Below, piece after piece: positions 18,760 to 26,815 of a stretch of 64,000 nucleotides of DNA. Source of the DNA: Candidatus Eisenbergiella intestinipullorum (lineage in GTDB: Bacteria; Bacillota; Clostridia; Lachnospirales; Lachnospiraceae); contig DWWH01000006.1 in the NCBI GenBank assembly GCA_019119815.1, positions 130-64,129 on the forward strand, in the 5' to 3' direction. Position numbers and translations under genes: made by a program. Each line of letters starts with the position of its first letter. The stretch's first letter is position 1. A model generated the notes under the pieces. That model saw only the letters and a list, made by a program, of their open reading frames with translations. It was not told the DNA's origin and did no database searches.

Positions 18760-19704
18760 TCAGCTGTTGCAGAATTCTTTCAAACCGGTTTTTTCCAGAA
18801 AATCTTCTATGGATTCCGCTTTTGCTGCCTCTCTCAGCCACGTGGAGAGTACTTCCATATCATCTTCCGCCAGTATATGCCTTTTCACGTATTCCGGCAC
18901 CTGCCCATGCAGCGCGAGGACTTCCAGCACTGACTCCGCTTTTCCTTCTGATTTTCCTCTTTTTTCCCAGATTTCCCGTTCTCCTTCTCGAAGCTTTCTC
19001 ATTTCCTCTTCTTCGTTATACTCGAAGATTGACATGGCGATCACCTCCGCTCTCTGGCCACGCAGAAAGTCCGCAAGAATTCCCTCTTCTATGCATTCCG
19101 TCACGGCCCTGTCCACCGCTTCCCCGATCGCTGTTTCCCCAACCGCATATCTCCTGATCCGGGCCACGAATTCACTGTATTCCCGCAGGGTCCTGCACCT
19201 TTCCATCAGCTCCGGATTGCATCCCTAGTTAATGTTCAAGAAACGAACCTTCAGTTCCAGTTCCAGTTCCGGTTCCTCTTCCTTCTGAATAAAGGCATCC
19301 GACAGCTTTATGGTGATGTCCTCCGGCTTCTTCTCTTTTCCATTATAAAACACTACAAAATGGGGCGCCGGGATCTTTATCGGTTCGGACTGGTACAGCG
19401 ACCTTTTATTCACACTCTTTTCCATAAGCCGCGCGATATAAAGCAGATCGCGCAGAGGCATGTTCGGATTCCACGTGGCCTGGTGCTCGTACAGGGTCAT
19501 CCTTTCGTCCAGGAGAAAGGATACGTCGTTCTTCATGGCCATGTAGACCGCGTTTTCCAGCGTGGTAACCGTCAGGTCGTCCGGATTCTGATAGTCCGTT
19601 CCGTTCAGGGCATTGTACAGCTCCAGAATGGTCCTTTTGTCGCTGTAGAGCATCCGGAATACCGTGTCCTTGTGCTTTCTGTTCGCATACAGTTCTTCGT
19701 TCAT
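18760..19704 (-). pseudogene. Rpn-family recombination-promoting nuclease / PD-(D/E)XK 'transposase', interrupted by an in-frame TAG
   Basis: Two ORF-track pieces (19225-19749 and 18760-19206) are in the same frame, separated by a single TAG at 19225-19227. Read-through gives ..RFLNIN*GCNPELMERCRTLREYSEFVARIR.., a contiguous Rpn/YhgA-like protein of ~314 codons. ATG 19704 is preceded by GGAGG. Confidence 0.8.
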
Positions 19705-20031
19705 CGTACCTCCGTTTCCGCGAAGTGCTGTCCCGGTCATCTTATCCAATACAGGAAACAGCGTCTCCGCCTGTGCGGCGGGTACGGCATTCCCTTCATC
19801 CGCTCCCGCCTGTTCTCTTTGTTACATTGTTCTGGAATCAAGCATAGAGTTTCTGAATGGAATGTCAGATGTGACATGCGGCGGAGAATCCGCCGGCAGC
19901 CGAACGGCTTACAGAATGTTTATGCTTAGCTGTATTGTAGCATCCAGGCTCTTTGGTTTCAATATCATTTTTCCAGTTGATATCACATATATTACTGTTC
20001 ACTGGCAAGCCAGCGAACAGCAACTTTTTGT

Positions 20032-21099
20032 TTATCTGCTGTTTAGCGAAATGTAAAACGCCTCCTTCAAAAGCGGCTCCAGCGTGTTTTCGTTATAGGA
20101 TTCCATGGCAGGGTACACCACATCCAGAAGGTAATACGTCCAGTATTCCGTAAAATCCCCGCATACCCGGTCCCCGATCCGGTCATTTCCAAGGCGGAAT
20201 TCTTCATAAGCAGCCGCATACAGCTTTTCTGTGGCGAGGGAAATCCTGTAAAGCTCTCTGCGATCCTGCAGATACCGCTCGCAGGTCGTCCCGCATTCTT
20301 TCAGGGCCGTTTCAAACTCCGCAAAGTTGGATGCCTCTCGTATACGGGCTGTTATCTCCTCAAGCCTGTTGTCTATTTCTTCTTCCGTCGGCGCATATCC
20401 CTTCTGCAGCGCATACTGATACTGGTCCATCCGCTGCGTCAATTCCTCTGCCGCAGCTTCAAGCGCCTCCTTCTCCGTCTCCCACAGCTTCCTCTGCGTC
20501 CGCATTTCGTCCGCAAAAAGAGCACGCATATCCCCGGTACTGAAGAAAACGCCCATTTCTTTCAGCCGCCCGGTCAGTTCCGCCGATTGTTTCAGTTCAT
20601 CCGGTTCCATAAACAGTGCAAACCCTTCCTGCGGCTCCGGGCCGAAAGCTGCCTCTTCGATGTTCACATAATCCGTGATAAAACCGGCCCCTTCAAATAT
20701 CCTTCCATCCCCGGTCTGCAGATACCAGTCCTCCCCGTCCTCCGGACGAAAAAAGAACAGATTCTCTTTCTCTCCGTTTTCGTAGCCAAGCGTAACCACC
20801 AGATAATCCTTTTCCCGCCGGATTTCTCTCTTTTCCACCTGATCCGCCCGGCTGATGCTTTCCAAGTTCTCCAGAAAAGTTTCAAAATCTGCCGTTCCGG
20901 CGGGCGGATAATTCTTGATCCCGTTGATCTGAATCGTTTCCACCGCCCTTTGCGAATGGTGCACGAAAGCAGGCAGAGGGGAATCCGCCGTCTGGGTTCC
21001 ATCCGGCTCCTGTGTCTCATCCTGTGCCGTTCCGCATGCCGCCTCCTCAGCCGACGGGCTGCCGGAGGCCGTCAGCCCTTCCGTCTGATACCTGTTCAT
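20032..21099 (-). CDS. Hypothetical protein, no recognisable domain
   Basis: Long ORF with protein-like composition and a helical C-terminal half. There is no Shine-Dalgarno before ATG 21099 or the TTG at 21114, and no signal peptide. It overlaps the stop of the truncated receiver ORF. Confidence 0.4.
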   Translation of the reverse strand: MNRYQTEGLTASGSPSAEEAACGTAQDETQEPDGTQTADSPLPAFVHHSQRAVETIQINGIKNYPPAGTADFETFLENLESISRADQVEKREIRREKDYLVVTLGYENGEKENLFFFRPEDGEDWYLQTGDGRIFEGAGFITDYVNIEEAAFGPEPQEGFALFMEPDELKQSAELTGRLKEMGVFFSTGDMRALFADEMRTQRKLWETEKEALEAAAEELTQRMDQYQYALQKGYAPTEEEIDNRLEEITARIREASNFAEFETALKECGTTCERYLQDRRELYRISLATEKLYAAAYEEFRLGNDRIGDRVCGDFTEYWTYYLLDVVYPAMESYNENTLEPLLKEAFYISLNSR

Positions 21100-21335
21100 A
21101 CAGCAGATACACAAATTCTTTCCGCGAGCTCCCTGCCGTCCATCTGCGGCATCTCGATATCCAGAAAACAGATGTCATATTCTCTCTTTTCCAGGAACTC
21201 CCAGTACAACAGCTCCGGGTTTTGATAAATGTCTATTTCGCATAAAACCGTTTTCCGGGCCAGACAGTTTCCGATCAGCTCTTTCATGAGAGCCAGAAAT
21301 TCCGCCTCTTCATCCACCAGACATATTCTCAACAT
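21096..21335 (-). pseudogene. Truncated response-regulator receiver domain (LytTR-type N-terminus), 79 aa
   Basis: MLRICLVDEEAEFL...YDICFLDIEMPQMDGRELAERI covers beta1-alpha3 of a receiver (acidic pocket plus phospho-acceptor D). It stops before beta4/beta5 and has no output domain. Good SD (GAGGGAAGGAA) before ATG 21335. Confidence 0.6.
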
Positions 21336-21517
21336 TTCCTTCCCTCTTAAAGCCGGTTTTTCCCTATTTGATTTATCCTATCACATTTTCATGGCTTTAC
21401 GGCCGTGATGTCATAAACAGACCATTTTTGTCATTTAAATCTCTATTCCGCAGCGTCACTATCCTGCCCTCAGGCTGTGGATCTAATATGGGAACGGAAA
21501 ATCCTTCCTGTTACTTT

Positions 21518-21934
21518 TCAAATGATATTCCCCTTATAACCTGAAGAATGCAGGCCATAGATTTCCTCAACGCTGTATGGCAGATAATACAGGTTTTCTC
21601 TGGTAATCAGGACAAAATAATTGTCCGATCCCTGAATGGCATCTGCAAATTCTTCTGTATTTATGAAAGCATTCTCCTCGTCCGTAAAAAATATATTTCC
21701 CGACGCACTTTCCAGAATCAGTTTCCAGTTTTGTCCCTCCAGCACTCTGCACGGCACATCACAGATCACATCGATGCCGCTGGAAGCTCCAAGATTTTCC
21801 GCCTGCCGCAGCATATTGATCAGGGTGGTCTTCCCCATTGCACTGTCTCCGAGAATCACCGTAATGTTCCGTCTGATCTCAAATTCATAGTGCAGTCTGT
21901 TGTTTTGTACAATGACTCTATGCTTCCCTTTCAT
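21518..21934 (-). CDS. Small P-loop ATPase, probably C-terminally truncated
   Basis: Walker A GDSAMGKTT and Walker-B-like IFFTDE. From memory it resembles the ~190-aa 'AAA family ATPase' found next to DUF4869 genes in Lachnospiraceae. This copy ends early at ..SSGYKGNII. Confidence 0.6.
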   Translation of the reverse strand: MKGKHRVIVQNNRLHYEFEIRRNITVILGDSAMGKTTLINMLRQAENLGASSGIDVICDVPCRVLEGQNWKLILESASGNIFFTDEENAFINTEEFADAIQGSDNYFVLITRENLYYLPYSVEEIYGLHSSGYKGNII

Positions 21935-21943
21935 CCGTTCCAC

Positions 21944-22276
21944 CTACACGTATCTTCCCGCAATTTCGACAAATTCCGACATATTATGGACCATTTCGCC
22001 AGTGTTCAGAATTTTTGCCTGAAATTCTTCTTTTCCAAAGTCCATGATATGACGGAGGTTAATGGTCAGGTCTTTCTGCCCGGCGATCCTTAAAATCCAC
22101 TTCGCGCAGTTATCCCCGCACGCAGAGGCATTAAAGATTTTATTCGACTCGTCAAACGCCATAAGAATCAGCGTCTTTACGCCGCCGGTTCGGGCCAGGC
22201 TCCTTTTCCTTTTTCTCAGTATAGCATATCCGCTCTGTTCCGGACAGTCAACCTCCGGAAATTTCTTTCCGTGCAT
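21944..22276 (-). CDS. DUF4869-like protein, probably N-terminally truncated
   Basis: GGVKTLILMAFDESNKIFNASACGDNCAKWILRIAGQKDLTINLRHIMDFG matches my recollection of the DUF4869 family and needs an HMM check. Its stop (21944-21946) abuts the ATPase ORF. Confidence 0.5.
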   Translation of the reverse strand: MHGKKFPEVDCPEQSGYAILRKRKRSLARTGGVKTLILMAFDESNKIFNASACGDNCAKWILRIAGQKDLTINLRHIMDFGKEEFQAKILNTGEMVHNMSEFVEIAGRYV

Positions 22277-22405
22277 TTTCCCTGCCTGTAATCCGCTCTG
22301 TCCCGCTCATTTTCTTTTCCTGAGCCGCAAAGCCCGCCGGGACCATGAACGCAGACTTCCGATCTGCGCCGCAGTCCCGGCGGGCTCTTTTCTTCTTTTT
22401 TCCAT

Positions 22406-23266
22406 TCAGCCTCCGGAAACGGGGCTGATGATGATGTTCTCCGGGGCGATCCCGGTTTTTCTGGTGACGATGTCCTCAATCTGGGCGCGCTGGGCGTCGG
22501 TGAGGGAGGAAGCGTTCACCACCACGTCCACCATGGTGCCGCTGATGCTGACCACCACGTCGGTAAAGCCCTTGGCCTCCAGCAGGATCTCGGCGGCGGT
22601 TTCCTTTTCGGCCATGTCGGTCAGGCTGATCATGCCGTTGATGGCATCCTGTTTCTGCTCTTCGCTGATGTTTTCATTATTGATGATGTCCAGCAGGGTT
22701 TCCTTGTTTCTCGCCCTGGTCTGCTCCTTCTGGAGCTTGGCGCCGGCGAGGGAGCTGATTCCGGCGGAGCTGGTGAAAACGGCTTCGCCCGGCGTGCCGC
22801 TGTCTGATACGCTGCCTTCCTCCTGCGCGAGCTCCGCGCTGGCCTCGTCGACGGCCTCGGCCGCTACGGCCACGTCCGCCTGCACCTCGCCGGAAAGGGC
22901 TGCTTCTTCCTGTCCGGTCTGCACATCTGCCTGCGCCTCTTCGGCAAGGTCACCGTCTGTTTCTTCGGAAAGAGCCGTGTCCGCCGCCATGGTCTCATCC
23001 AGGTAGTTTTCCACAGAAACGGCCTCCTGATCGGAATCCAGGCTCTCGATGTCGGTGACCTCCGCGCTGTCCAGATCGGATACGATGTCCTCCTCCGAAA
23101 GATCCAGAAGGGCGGTCATATCCTCTTCCTCTGCGTTTTGCGCATCCGCACTCGCAAGCTGCTCCTGCCCCGCTTTTGTCCCGGCGAAATTCAGATATCC
23201 CGCCACGGCGATCATGATCGCCAGAGCCGTAATCATAATCTGATTGCGTTTCAACACATTTTTCAC
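22406..23266 (-). CDS. spoIIIAH: Stage III sporulation protein AH
   Basis: MKNVLKRNQIMITALAIMIAVAGYLNF (TM), acidic linker, C-terminal YscJ/FliF-like domain. Last gene of the spoIIIA operon. Confidence 0.85.
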   Translation of the reverse strand: MKNVLKRNQIMITALAIMIAVAGYLNFAGTKAGQEQLASADAQNAEEEDMTALLDLSEEDIVSDLDSAEVTDIESLDSDQEAVSVENYLDETMAADTALSEETDGDLAEEAQADVQTGQEEAALSGEVQADVAVAAEAVDEASAELAQEEGSVSDSGTPGEAVFTSSAGISSLAGAKLQKEQTRARNKETLLDIINNENISEEQKQDAINGMISLTDMAEKETAAEILLEAKGFTDVVVSISGTMVDVVVNASSLTDAQRAQIEDIVTRKTGIAPENIIISPVSGG

Positions 23267-23287
23267 TCCTGTTCCCTCTGCTTTCTG

Positions 23288-23938
23288 CTATTTCATCTTA
23301 ACTACTTTAATCTTATGAGCCTCCAGATCAAATAATGCCTCAATCACTTCGGTTATGTTTTTCTGAATCAGCGGGTCTCCTCCTCCCTGGGCAACCACGG
23401 TCACGCCCTCGATTTCCGGCTGTGTGGTCTGAGAAATATAGGGGGCCTTGTTTCCGTCCGGGTCCGTGATGTACACCGTGCTTTCCTCCCTTCTGGCGCT
23501 CTGTGACTGTCTGGTTCCGCCCGCGCTGTCCGTCTCGCTGGTCTGTTCCGATTCCGAAGGCGCATCCTTCTCCACCACCTGCTGGCCCGAGGCTCGGATG
23601 GTGACCATCACCTTCGTCTCTCCCACGCCTTCCATGGCGGACAGAAGCTCTTCCAGCTGCTTTTCCATTTTTTCTGCATACCCCGCCTCCCCTGCCATGC
23701 CGTTTTTCATTCCGGCAGTACCTGCGCCAGACTCCTGCTGTTCTGAAACAAACGATTTCTGCATCTCTTCTTCCGGAAGAGTTTCCTGCGCATTTTCTTC
23801 CTGTCTCCCTCCCACGGGGATGGCGATCACCATGAGCAGAAGCCCAAGAAGAGCCACCACCGCCATGTTTTCCCGGGTGAGCTTTTTCTTCCATTTTGCC
23901 AGGCTTTTTATCCTGTTTTCCGCTCTGTGTTCATCCAT
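23288..23938 (-). CDS. spoIIIAG: Stage III sporulation protein AG
   Basis: TM segment, then ..PEIEGVTVVAQGGGDPLIQKNITEVIEALFDLEAHKIKVVKMK, the typical SpoIIIAG C-terminus. Confidence 0.85.
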   Translation of the reverse strand: MDEHRAENRIKSLAKWKKKLTRENMAVVALLGLLLMVIAIPVGGRQEENAQETLPEEEMQKSFVSEQQESGAGTAGMKNGMAGEAGYAEKMEKQLEELLSAMEGVGETKVMVTIRASGQQVVEKDAPSESEQTSETDSAGGTRQSQSARREESTVYITDPDGNKAPYISQTTQPEIEGVTVVAQGGGDPLIQKNITEVIEALFDLEAHKIKVVKMK

Positions 23939-24539
23939 CCAGGATCACCTCCAGCTTTTCCGGCTCCATGCCAAGCTCCTGCGCCAGGGCAGCCTTAAGC
24001 TCCCGGCCCTCCTCCGCCCGCGCTGCGGCATCATTTTCCTGTTCCTCCGGCGTTTCCGTCCCGGTATCACCCGCCCGGATCCGGTCCACTTCAACCCGGT
24101 CAATGGAAATTTCATCCTCCGCTTCATTTTCCACGTCGTTCCCGCTTTTCAGTGTCAGACAGAGAATGCCGTCCTCATCCAGGGAGGCGGATGTCAGCCG
24201 GACGCCCCATTCTGCGCAGAGGCCGTCAAGCCGTTCGGAAACCGCCCCTTCCAGACCATCCTGCGTGAAGCTGCCCTCCTTCAGCTCCGCCTGCTCCACC
24301 TGGCTTTCAATCCGCCGCATTTCCTGCTCATACTCCTCCAGCGCCCCGGAAAAAACCGCCTCCGCGTCAAAGCCGCCCAGAGAGAGCAGGGGAAGGGCGA
24401 GCCGGGAAAGCACCATGACGCCGATGAGAATCCGCGCGTACTTTTCATAGCCGCCCTCCGGCAGAAAGCGCAGGATCACCTGTCCGGCCAGGAGAAATAT
24501 GGTAATGCTTTTTAACAGTTCCAGGAAACCGCTTCCCAT
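23931..24539 (-). CDS. spoIIIAF: Stage III sporulation protein AF
   Basis: Two N-terminal TM helices (ITIFLLAGQVILRFLP.., ARILIGVMVLSRLALPLL). Position is between AE and AG. Confidence 0.8.
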   Translation of the reverse strand: MGSGFLELLKSITIFLLAGQVILRFLPEGGYEKYARILIGVMVLSRLALPLLSLGGFDAEAVFSGALEEYEQEMRRIESQVEQAELKEGSFTQDGLEGAVSERLDGLCAEWGVRLTSASLDEDGILCLTLKSGNDVENEAEDEISIDRVEVDRIRAGDTGTETPEEQENDAAARAEEGRELKAALAQELGMEPEKLEVILDG

Positions 24540-24553
24540 AAGCCTCCCCCTTT

Positions 24554-25624
24554 TCAGCGGAGCGTCCCCGCCAGACAGGTGATGATGGCGAACAGAATCA
24601 GAAAGCAGGCCAGCGCGGTAAAAACGATCCGAAGCAGCACGAATACCGCGTCGCCCGCCCTGTCGATACAGCCCGTCAGCCGCTTATCCGCGCTCAGTCC
24701 AAGCAGCCCGGCGCACAGCTTCAGAATCGCCCCATACAGAAAGAGTTTTAAAAAAGGAACGATGCACAGAGCGAGCAGAAGAAGAATGGCGGCCGCGCCA
24801 AGCCCGTTTTTGATGAGGACCGCGGAGCCGAGCAGAAGCTGGGCCGTCCCCTCTGCCAGCCCTCCCAGGCCCGGAATGGCGGACAAAAGCTTTGCAGCGG
24901 AGGTGAGCTTCAGGCTTTCCAGCACAGGGGAAACCATGGACTGAAGAAGGCCGATGCCCGTGATGCAGGTCAGTAAAAATTTCAGGCCTCCGGCCAGCGC
25001 CTTTTTCATGAGATCAATGAGGGAGGAAAGCTTCTCCTCCTCCCACAGTCCGTTCATCACCACCAGCATCATATAGACATCCGCCGCGGGCAGACCGACG
25101 CTCATCAAAAGCTGCTCCACCCCATAGATCAGAAGCAGGATCAGCTCATAATATCCGGCCGCCGTCATCGTTCCGGCAGAAAGTCCCAGCGCAATCATGA
25201 AAGTGGGAAGAAAAAGGCGGACGAAAAGAAGGATTTTTTCAAGCAGGGCTTCCGCGATGCCTGCCGCCTGGGAAAAGGTGGAAAGCACGATGAGGAGTAT
25301 CAGCAGACAGGCAACAAAGTGCGCAATATCCGCGATCTGATGGTTTTTGAAGGCCTGTGCCGCAACCGTGAACAGAGACGAGAGGATTCCCGCCAGAAGG
25401 AGCAGCAGAAACAGGTTCCGCATTCCCGCGGCCTCTCCGATTATCCCGTCCTTCAGCGAAGCAAAAAGCAGGTTTCCTGCCTCCTTCCATCTGCCCGCAA
25501 GAAGCAGCCCCAGAAAACCCGAAAAATCAATGGAAAAGCCGGGAAACAGCTCCTGCATCCGCTCCGACATCGCGTCCAGATTCAGTTCCCCAAGCAGCCC
25601 GTCCTGTTCCACTTTTACCTCCAT
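24554..25624 (-). CDS. spoIIIAE: Stage III sporulation protein AE
   Basis: Polytopic membrane protein of 356 aa with the SpoIIIAE-like repeated TM pattern, in the expected operon position. Confidence 0.9.
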   Translation of the reverse strand: MEVKVEQDGLLGELNLDAMSERMQELFPGFSIDFSGFLGLLLAGRWKEAGNLLFASLKDGIIGEAAGMRNLFLLLLLAGILSSLFTVAAQAFKNHQIADIAHFVACLLILLIVLSTFSQAAGIAEALLEKILLFVRLFLPTFMIALGLSAGTMTAAGYYELILLLIYGVEQLLMSVGLPAADVYMMLVVMNGLWEEEKLSSLIDLMKKALAGGLKFLLTCITGIGLLQSMVSPVLESLKLTSAAKLLSAIPGLGGLAEGTAQLLLGSAVLIKNGLGAAAILLLLALCIVPFLKLFLYGAILKLCAGLLGLSADKRLTGCIDRAGDAVFVLLRIVFTALACFLILFAIITCLAGTLR

Positions 25625-25635
25625 GTCGAAGCGTT

Positions 25636-26022
25636 TCAGCTCATAAAGCCCGCGATGGTTTCAACCAGAGAAAGAAAAACGGGCATTCCCGCCAGCAGCA
25701 CCGCCGTTTTTCCAAACAGCTCCACCTGCGCCGCGATGGACGAAAAGCCCGCGTCCCGGCACAGTCCGGCGCAAAACTCGCTCAGCCAGGTGATTCCCAC
25801 CACCTTAAACAGAATTCCCAGATACTCTCCGCTGCCGGACAGGCGGTTTCCAAAGGCGGAAACCGCTTCCTTCATCTGCCCCAGATAAGCGCCTGCATGG
25901 GAAAAAATCAGGACCGATACGGCTATCCCAAGCAAAATGCCGTATTCCTGCTTCCCGCTTTTAACCAGAAGCCCGGTCAGCACTCCCACAATTCCCAGCA
26001 GGGCAACTCTCACCACATCCAT
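25636..26022 (-). CDS. spoIIIAD: Stage III sporulation protein AD
   Basis: 128-aa four-TM protein; MDVVRVALLGIVGVLTGLLVKSGKQEYG.. is typical of SpoIIIAD. Confidence 0.85.
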   Translation of the reverse strand: MDVVRVALLGIVGVLTGLLVKSGKQEYGILLGIAVSVLIFSHAGAYLGQMKEAVSAFGNRLSGSGEYLGILFKVVGITWLSEFCAGLCRDAGFSSIAAQVELFGKTAVLLAGMPVFLSLVETIAGFMS

Positions 26023-26091
26023 GCCGCACCTCCCTCCTGCCGCCCGGGGGCAGTATTCCTTCCTGCAAGCCCCGCTTTCCCATCACACGGC

Positions 26092-26286
26092 TCACAGCTC
26101 AAACAGATTCTGCACGGAAACGAACAGATCATAAATATAAGGGATGATCCAGGTCAGCACCAGAATCAGCCCGGCGAGGGAAAGCAGAAAGGCATGCTCT
26201 TCCCTCCCGCTGTGCTTCAGGATCTGGCTCAATATGGTGACCAGAATGCCCACGGCCGCTATTTTAAAAATCAGACCTATTTCCAT
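26092..26286 (-). CDS. spoIIIAC: Stage III sporulation protein AC
   Basis: 64 aa: MEIGLIFKIAAVGILVTILSQILKHSGREEHAFLLSLAGLILVL... ATG 26286 is preceded by GAGGAGG. The longer ORF-track start is not credible. Confidence 0.85.
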   Translation of the reverse strand: MEIGLIFKIAAVGILVTILSQILKHSGREEHAFLLSLAGLILVLTWIIPYIYDLFVSVQNLFEL

Positions 26287-26296
26287 TCCTACCTCC

Positions 26297-26815
26297 TCAG
26301 AAAAGCAGGATGGCAAGCAGAAGCCCCGCCGCCGCGCTGATGGACAGAATCGTTTTTTTCCCGCTCCCGGCGGCGTGCCGCGCCGTCTCCTTTGCCTGGG
26401 ACATCTCGCCCGCGAACTGCTCCAGCGCGGCCAGCTGCATCCGTCCATCCACAAAGCCCGTATACTCCGGGAATGTCATCACAAGCTCCTTTTCCCTGCC
26501 CCCAAGGCTGGTCCGTTTCAGATATTCCGGCATCTGCTCCTCCCATGCCTCCTTCAGAGTAATGCCCGGCTCCGCGCGCACCCGTGAGCCGATCCGGCAG
26601 AGGCAGTCTCCCAGCGTTCCTTCCAGGCGGCTGCCCACCCGGAGAAGCCCGTCCGGCAGAGTCAGGCGGCTGTAGCCCACCTCGCTCTCCAGCATGACGA
26701 AGGTCCTCTCCAGAAGCTTCAGCTGTTCCGCCCGCCTTTCCAGATCCCGCCAGACACACCAGCCGAACCCGGAGGAACCCGCGATGAGCAGGCAGGCGCC
26801 GACAAGCCTCAGCAT
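26297..26815 (-). CDS. spoIIIAB: Stage III sporulation protein AB
   Basis: 172 aa starting MLRLVGACLLIAGSSGFGW, with a C-terminal TM segment. Overlaps the spoIIIAA stop. Confidence 0.8.
   Translation of the reverse strand: MLRLVGACLLIAGSSGFGWCVWRDLERRAEQLKLLERTFVMLESEVGYSRLTLPDGLLRVGSRLEGTLGDCLCRIGSRVRAEPGITLKEAWEEQMPEYLKRTSLGGREKELVMTFPEYTGFVDGRMQLAALEQFAGEMSQAKETARHAAGSGKKTILSISAAAGLLLAILLF

Noticed and set aside
19225-19227. In-frame TAG in the Rpn-family gene as programmed read-through or pyrrolysine
   Set aside because: No pyl genes or PYLIS-like context are visible here. As I recall the family, it has a Tyr at this position, so a simple TAY to TAG nonsense mutation is the economical explanation.
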